From NCBI RefSeq assembly GCF_025145285.1, contig NZ_CP102251.1:809645-841644 (forward strand): 32,000 nucleotides of DNA, in the 5' to 3' direction. The position numbers were made by a program, and so were the translations under genes. The DNA is from Alistipes onderdonkii (GTDB taxonomy: Bacteria; Bacteroidota; Bacteroidia; Bacteroidales; Rikenellaceae). Under the pieces are notes generated by a model, which saw only the letters and a list, made by a program, of their open reading frames with translations, searched no databases and had not been told where the DNA came from. This document shows positions 27,417 through 32,000 of this stretch, piece after piece (positions within the stretch are counted from its first letter, which is position 1; every line of letters begins with the position of its first letter).

Positions 27417-27424
27417 CAAAGGTA
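27417..27424 (-). promoter_or_regulatory. -7 box TACCTTTG for the ureohydrolase-nhaA-FKBP transcript
   Basis: Reverse complement of caaaggta. It sits back-to-back with the pdxB box 20 nt away. Confidence 0.5.
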
Positions 27425-27444
27425 CAAAAATTTTATTTTTTCCC

Positions 27445-27452
27445 TATATTTG
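27445..27452 (+). promoter_or_regulatory. -7 box TATATTTG for pdxB
   Basis: Matches TAnnTTTG; 41 nt upstream of the ATG at 27493. Confidence 0.5.
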
Positions 27453-27492
27453 CTTCCCGGAAAGAAAAGAAATCAGGAAAAAGCAACCATCC

Positions 27493-28488
27493 ATGAAAAT
27501 CGTCGCCGACAGTGCCATCCCCTTTTTGCAGGGAGTCCTCGAGCCGTGGGCCGAGGTACGCTACCTGCCCGGCAGCCGGATCGCCGCGGAGGACGTGCGC
27601 GACGCCGACGCCCTGGTCATCCGCACCCGCACCCGCTGCGACGAACGCCTGCTCGCCGGTTCGCGCGTCCGTCTGATCGCCACGGCCACCATCGGGTTCG
27701 ACCACATCGACACGGCGTGGTGCGCGGCGCACGGCATACGGGTCGCCACGGCCGCAGGCTGCAATGCCCGCGGCGTCCTGCAATGGGCGGGTGCCGTACT
27801 GGCCCACCTCGCCCGTACACAGGGATGGGAGCCCGCACAACGGACGCTGGGCATCGTGGGCGTGGGGCACGTGGGATCCCTCATCCGGGAATACGCCTGC
27901 CTGTGGGGCTTCCGCGTCGTCTGCTGCGACCCGCCGCGCGAAGAGCGCGAGCATTGCGGATTCCTGCCGCTGGACGAGGTCGCACGCCAAGCCGACATAC
28001 TCACCTTTCACACGCCGCTTGACGCCTCGACGCGGCACATGGCCGGCGAGGGACTGTTCGCCCGCCTGAAACCGGACGCCGTAGTGATGAACTCCTCGCG
28101 CGGCGAAGTGGTCGACGGCGACGCATTGCTGCGGAGCGGCCATTCCTGTGTGCTCGACGTCTGGGAACACGAACCGCGCCTCGACCCGCAGTTGCTCGAC
28201 CGCACGCTGCTCGCCACGCCCCACGTCGCCGGCTACTCCGAGCAGGGCAAAGCCACGGCCACGGCCATGTCCGTGGCCACGCTGGCCGGCTTCTTCGGCC
28301 TTCCGCTCCGGGGCTGGTACCCCTCCGAAGCCGCCCCCTCCGTCCCGCGGCCGATTCCGTGGCAGGAGCTTTGCACGACCATCCGCGACGCCTATGACAT
28401 CGAAGCCGAAAGCCACCGCCTCAAGGCGCGGCCCGCCGATTTCGAGGCCATGCGCGACCACTACCGCTACCGCAGGGAATACTTTTAG
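27493..28488 (+). CDS. pdxB: 4-phosphoerythronate dehydrogenase
   Basis: 331 aa from MKIVADSAIPFLQGVLEPWAEVRYLPG…ATIGFDHID…LGIVGVGHVGS…FHTPL…NSSRGEVVD…, the D-2-hydroxyacid dehydrogenase fold with the PdxB-type N-terminus and C-terminal dimerisation tail. Confidence 0.85.
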   Translation: MKIVADSAIPFLQGVLEPWAEVRYLPGSRIAAEDVRDADALVIRTRTRCDERLLAGSRVRLIATATIGFDHIDTAWCAAHGIRVATAAGCNARGVLQWAGAVLAHLARTQGWEPAQRTLGIVGVGHVGSLIREYACLWGFRVVCCDPPREEREHCGFLPLDEVARQADILTFHTPLDASTRHMAGEGLFARLKPDAVVMNSSRGEVVDGDALLRSGHSCVLDVWEHEPRLDPQLLDRTLLATPHVAGYSEQGKATATAMSVATLAGFFGLPLRGWYPSEAAPSVPRPIPWQELCTTIRDAYDIEAESHRLKARPADFEAMRDHYRYRREYF

Positions 28489-28508
28489 CGAAATCAATTC
28501 TTTTTTAG

Positions 28509-28516
28509 TACCTTTG
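28509..28516 (+). promoter_or_regulatory. -7 box TACCTTTG for pyrD
   Basis: Matches TAnnTTTG; 27 nt upstream of the ATG at 28543. Confidence 0.5.
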
Positions 28517-28542
28517 CGGCCACGGACAATGCCCTTAAGAAT

Positions 28543-29859
28543 ATGTACCGGAGAATCATAAAGCCCATACTTTTCTCGCTTACCATCGAGCGGGCACACC
28601 ATGTGGCGCTTCTGTTGTTGCGCATCATCGGGCTCATACCCGGCGGCCGGTGGCTCCTGCGCAAATGTTACACCGTACGGCACCCGGCGCTCGAACGCGA
28701 GGTCTTCGGTGTAAAATTCGCCAATCCCATCGGCCTGGCCGCGGGCTTCGACCGCAACGGCGAGGCCTACCGAGAACTGGCGGCGCTCGGGTTCGGGTTC
28801 ATCGAGATAGGCACCGTCACCCCGCGCCCGCAGGCAGGCAACCCGCGCCCGCGCGTGTTCCGGCTGCCCAAAGACCGCGCCATCATCAACCGCATCGGGC
28901 TCTCCAACCGCGGCCTGGACAAGACGATCTGCCACCTGCGCCGCCCGCACGAAGGGTTCATCGTGGGCTGCAACATCGGCAAGAACACCGTGACGCCCCC
29001 CGAAAATGCGGCCGCGGATTACCTCCGGCTCTTCCGCAACCTCTACCAGTATGCGGACTATTTCACGGTGAACATCAGCTGCGACAACTCCTGCCGCGAA
29101 GGTACCACCCATACGCGCACGCACATACTCCAGATACTCGATCCGCTGTTCGACTTCCGCCGCGGGCAAAACCAGTACCGGCCGATCATGCTCAAAGTGT
29201 CGCCCGACATGTCGGACGAAGTCATCGACGAAATCAGCGACATCCTGCTCGAAACGCCGCTCGACGGCATCGTGGCCACCAACGGCACCCACCGCCGCGA
29301 AGGGCTGCATACGAGCCACATGGCGCTCGACAAGATCGGCAGCGGCCGCCTGAGCGGCGCACCGCTCGCCCAACGGGCCGTAGAGGTCGTGCGGCGCATC
29401 CACACCCGTTCGGGCGGCAACTTTCCGATCATCGGCGTGGGCGGCATCATGAGCCCCGCCGATGCCAAGGCGATGCTCGACGCAGGCGCAGACCTCCTGC
29501 AACTCTACACCGGTTACATCTACGAAGGGCCGGGGCTGGTCGGCGAAATCTGCCGTTCGCTGATCGCCGATGCCGAAGCGGCCGCAGCCGCCAAGGCAGC
29601 CGCGGAAGCGAGAGCCGAAGAAGAGGCCCGGGCTGCTGCTCAGGCCGCTGAGGCAAAAGCCGCAGCAGCGACGGCTTCCGGCGCACAGGCACCGGAAGCC
29701 GGGAAGGCCGCACCCGGAACGGAAACCGCCGCGGCAGCCCAAACGCAGGCCGCCGCACCTGCAGAATCGGTGCCGAACCCGTCACCGGAAACACAGAACG
29801 GCCCGGCACGACCTGCGGATAACGAACCGGACACCCGCAAGAAACAGCCCGCATCCTGA
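28543..29859 (+). CDS. pyrD: Dihydroorotate dehydrogenase (quinone), class 2, with a low-complexity C-terminal extension of about 100 aa
   Basis: 438 aa. N-terminal membrane-association helices, then …GFGFIEIGTVTPRPQAGNPRPRVFRL…NRIGLSNRG…KVSPD…GIVATN…GGLSG…IGVGGI…LQLYTGYIYEGPGLV…. An Ala/Glu/Lys-rich and then Pro/Thr/Gln-rich tail runs from about 29566. Confidence 0.9.
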   Translation: MYRRIIKPILFSLTIERAHHVALLLLRIIGLIPGGRWLLRKCYTVRHPALEREVFGVKFANPIGLAAGFDRNGEAYRELAALGFGFIEIGTVTPRPQAGNPRPRVFRLPKDRAIINRIGLSNRGLDKTICHLRRPHEGFIVGCNIGKNTVTPPENAAADYLRLFRNLYQYADYFTVNISCDNSCREGTTHTRTHILQILDPLFDFRRGQNQYRPIMLKVSPDMSDEVIDEISDILLETPLDGIVATNGTHRREGLHTSHMALDKIGSGRLSGAPLAQRAVEVVRRIHTRSGGNFPIIGVGGIMSPADAKAMLDAGADLLQLYTGYIYEGPGLVGEICRSLIADAEAAAAAKAAAEARAEEEARAAAQAAEAKAAAATASGAQAPEAGKAAPGTETAAAAQTQAAAPAESVPNPSPETQNGPARPADNEPDTRKKQPAS

Positions 29860-29874
29860 GCCTCAGATATTGCC

Positions 29875-31116
29875 ATGAAAGCAACGATCATCACCATCGG
29901 CGATGAAATCCTCATCGGCCAGATCGTGGATACGAACTCCGTATCCATCGCCAAGCACCTCAACGCTGCCGGCATCGTCGTACACGAGAAGGTTTCGATC
30001 GGCGACGACAGCACACAGATCGTCCGGAGCGTGGAACGCGCTCTGGGGGATTCCAACGTCGTCGTCATCACCGGGGGGCTCGGCCCCACCAAGGACGACA
30101 TCACCAAAAAGACCCTGGCCGGAATGTTCGGCTGCGAACTGGTGCCCGACCAGCGGGTCGCAGACCATGTGAAACGCATGCTCGAAGGGCGCGGCATCGA
30201 GTTCAACGAACTCAACCGCGGGCAGGCGATGGTTCCGGCCTGCTGCACGGTGCTGTTCAACGCCCACGGCACGGCTCCGGGCATGTGGTTCGAACGCGAC
30301 GGCAAGGTGGTGGTCTCGCTGCCCGGTGTCCCCTACGAGATGGAACACCTGATGCAGGACGAAGTGATGCCGCGCCTGAAAGCGCATTTCGAACTGCGCC
30401 AGATCGTGCACCGCACGATGATCACAGCCGGACTGCCCGAGTCGATGCTCGCCACGAAGATCGAAGCATGGGAAAACTCCCTGCCATCCTACCTGAAACT
30501 GGCTTACCTGCCCAATCCGGGCGCCGTACGGCTGCGCCTGTCGGCCTATGAGGTCGAGGGCGAAAGCGTTTCGAAGGAGATCGAACGGCAATTCGAGGCA
30601 CTGCGGAAAATCATCCCCCACAACATCATCGGGTACGAAACGACCACCATGCAGGAACTGGTGCACAAGCTGCTCACCGAGCGCGGGCTGACCCTCGCCA
30701 CGGCCGAAAGCTGTACCGGAGGCAGCATCGCGGCGCGTTTCACGGCCATGCCGGGCGCTTCGGCCTATTTCCTCTGCGGCGTAGTTTCGTACAGCAACGC
30801 CTCGAAACACGACATCCTGGGCGTAGCCCCGGAGGTCATCGCCCGCCACGGCGCCGTCAGCGAAGAGGTCGCACGCCGGATGGCCGAAGGGGCACGGCGG
30901 ATCTCGGGCGCCGACTGCGCCATAGCGACCACCGGCATCGCAGGCCCCGCGGGCGGCTCCGCCGAAAAGCCTGTCGGTACGGTATGGATCGCCGTGGCGA
31001 CCCCGCACCGGACGACCGCAATCCTCAAACAGTGCGGTTCCGACCGCGGACAGATCATCGACCGGGCCAGCGCCTTCGCCATCAGTCTGCTGCGCGATGA
31101 ACTCAACGGGAAATAA
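29875..31116 (+). CDS. cinA: CinA family protein (MoCF-type N-terminal domain plus C-terminal PncC NMN-deamidase domain)
   Basis: 413 aa, MKATIITIGDEILIGQIVDTNSVSIAKHL…VVITGGLGPTKDDITK…, with C-terminal …LATAESCTGGSIAARFTAMPGASAYF…AIATTGIAGP…. Confidence 0.9.
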   Translation: MKATIITIGDEILIGQIVDTNSVSIAKHLNAAGIVVHEKVSIGDDSTQIVRSVERALGDSNVVVITGGLGPTKDDITKKTLAGMFGCELVPDQRVADHVKRMLEGRGIEFNELNRGQAMVPACCTVLFNAHGTAPGMWFERDGKVVVSLPGVPYEMEHLMQDEVMPRLKAHFELRQIVHRTMITAGLPESMLATKIEAWENSLPSYLKLAYLPNPGAVRLRLSAYEVEGESVSKEIERQFEALRKIIPHNIIGYETTTMQELVHKLLTERGLTLATAESCTGGSIAARFTAMPGASAYFLCGVVSYSNASKHDILGVAPEVIARHGAVSEEVARRMAEGARRISGADCAIATTGIAGPAGGSAEKPVGTVWIAVATPHRTTAILKQCGSDRGQIIDRASAFAISLLRDELNGK

Positions 31117-31128
31117 TACATTCGCCCC

Positions 31129-31674
31129 ATGTATAGAATACTTGCCTCAACCATCGGTGCACTCCTCGTCCTCACCTCCTGTATGCGTCAGCAGCCCGAG
31201 GAGCGGGTGCACAGACTCCTGACCGACCGCATCCAGACCCTTGCCACGGCAGAAAGCTGCACGGGCGGTACCATCGCCGCACGCTTCACGGCCATGCCGG
31301 GCGCCTCGGCCTATTTCAAATGCGGCGTAGTGACTTACAGCCTCGATGCCAAGCAGAACTTCGTAAACATCTGCTGCGATACGATAGCCCGCTACGGCGC
31401 CGTCAGCGAACAGGTCGTACGCCAGATGGCCGAAGGCGTCCGCCATCTGGCAAATGCGCACTATGCCATCGCCACGACTGGGATCGCAGGCCCCACGGGC
31501 GGCACCCCCGAATACCCGGTCGGTTCGGTATGGATCGCCGTCAGTTCGCCGCTGCGCACCACGGCCCGGCTGATCCACGCCAAAGGCGACCGCACGCAGA
31601 TCATCCGCAAAGCGGGAACGGCCGCCATCGAACTGCTCGAAGAGGAGTTGCTCGCCGCACAACCGGACAAATAG
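31129..31674 (+). CDS. Stand-alone CinA-C/PncC-domain protein (nicotinamide-nucleotide amidohydrolase-like) with a possible lipoprotein signal
   Basis: 181 aa. MYRILASTIGALLVLTSC (lipobox), then …LATAESCTGGTIAARFTAMPGASAYFKCGVVTYS…AIATTGIAGPTGG…, paralogous to the C-terminal half of the preceding cinA. An alternative cytoplasmic start lies at the ATG at 31183 (MRQQPEE…). Confidence 0.82.
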   Translation: MYRILASTIGALLVLTSCMRQQPEERVHRLLTDRIQTLATAESCTGGTIAARFTAMPGASAYFKCGVVTYSLDAKQNFVNICCDTIARYGAVSEQVVRQMAEGVRHLANAHYAIATTGIAGPTGGTPEYPVGSVWIAVSSPLRTTARLIHAKGDRTQIIRKAGTAAIELLEEELLAAQPDK

Positions 31675-31719
31675 TTTCAATTCATCGGCTGTTCCCTTGT
31701 TTTTCTAAACAATTTAGCT

Positions 31720-31727
31720 TATTTTTG
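31720..31727 (+). promoter_or_regulatory. -7 box TATTTTTG for the last, partial gene
   Basis: Matches TAnnTTTG; 23 nt upstream of the ATG at 31750. Confidence 0.45.
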
Positions 31728-31749
31728 CATCAATTCAGCCCGATGCAAA

Positions 31750-32000
31750 ATGAAAAGAACCTTATTCCTGTCGGTGTTGTTCGGTATGCTCCTCGTTACG
31801 GCCCATGCTGGAAACGAAAGCCACCAACAAGTTGACAGTACGCTTTACGCCTATTACCGCTGGTGTAACAACAACATACGCGACACGGCCGTCCTCAGCA
31901 AGGCGGACACGTTGTTCCGGCTCTCGGGCGAGAAGCACGACATCCGGATGCAGGCCGTTGCGCTGAGCATGAAAGCCGACCATTACTATTTCAACAACGA
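31750..32000 (+). CDS. Signal-peptide protein, 5' fragment running off the right edge; function not assignable from 83 residues
   Basis: Hand translation gives MKRTLFLSVLFGMLLVTAHAGNESHQQVDSTLYAYYRWCNNNIRDTAVLSKADTLFRLSGEKHDIRMQAVALSMKADHYYFNN…. It is not in the ORF track because there is no stop. The helical-repeat-like N-terminus is reminiscent of periplasmic sensor domains of Bacteroidota two-component or LuxR-type regulators; this is weak. Confidence 0.6.
   Translation, partial: MKRTLFLSVLFGMLLVTAHAGNESHQQVDSTLYAYYRWCNNNIRDTAVLSKADTLFRLSGEKHDIRMQAVALSMKADHYYFNN

Noticed and set aside
27433-29742. 769-aa minus-strand ORF spanning pdxB, the pdxB-pyrD spacer and most of pyrD.
   Set aside because: It is antisense to two well-supported genes and crosses a promoter-containing spacer. 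Its composition is Gly/Arg/Ala/Pro-rich and low-complexity, so it is a GC-bias artefact.

Overview
GC-rich chromosomal segment with Bacteroidota hallmarks: TAnnTTTG -7 promoter boxes in front of most operons, no Shine-Dalgarno dependence, type-B L31, and many lipobox proteins. It resembles a high-GC Bacteroidales such as the Alistipes/Rikenellaceae group, but that is inference with no search run. The content is almost entirely housekeeping. Minus strand 1-11874 carries the classic cluster: promoter, tRNA-Thr, tRNA-Tyr, tRNA-Gly, tuf, tRNA-Trp, secE, nusG, rplK, rplA, rplJ, rplL, rpoB, rpoC. rpoC runs off the left edge and is missing from the ORF track; I translated it by hand. The remainder holds two GNAT acetyltransferases, an AraC regulator, a coiled-coil lipoprotein, L31 type B, and a tRNA with a CAT anticodon. 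It also holds an XRE-cupin regulator with a frameshifted AMP-forming acyl-CoA synthetase, a lone GH78 alpha-L-rhamnosidase, and a DUF3127 protein. Further right are two FKBP PPIase lipoproteins, nhaA, an arginase-family ureohydrolase, pdxB, pyrD, cinA, a tandem PncC-domain paralogue, and the 5' end of a signal-peptide protein. I found no CRISPR array, transposase, integrase, phage gene, or recognisable defence or toxin-antitoxin module, and I do not see a convincing novel multi-gene system. The items most worth a second look are listed here. (1) A perfectly phased array of eight 11-bp direct repeats plus 18-bp repeats in the 463-bp spacer at 18172-18634. (2) A DUF3127 protein whose layout (compact domain, Pro-rich linker, C-terminal DDLPF) mimics SSB and its acidic tip. 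(3) A +1 frameshift in a G7 run of the acyl-CoA synthetase. (4) An orphan minus-strand terminator with a matching -7 box in the 537-bp spacer upstream of DUF3127, a candidate sRNA. (5) A CX3CX2C cysteine cluster at the N-terminus of the AraC regulator. (6) A PncC paralogue with an optional lipoprotein signal. (7) A roughly 100-aa Ala-rich tail on PyrD. The many long ORFs antisense to real genes are GC-bias artefacts.
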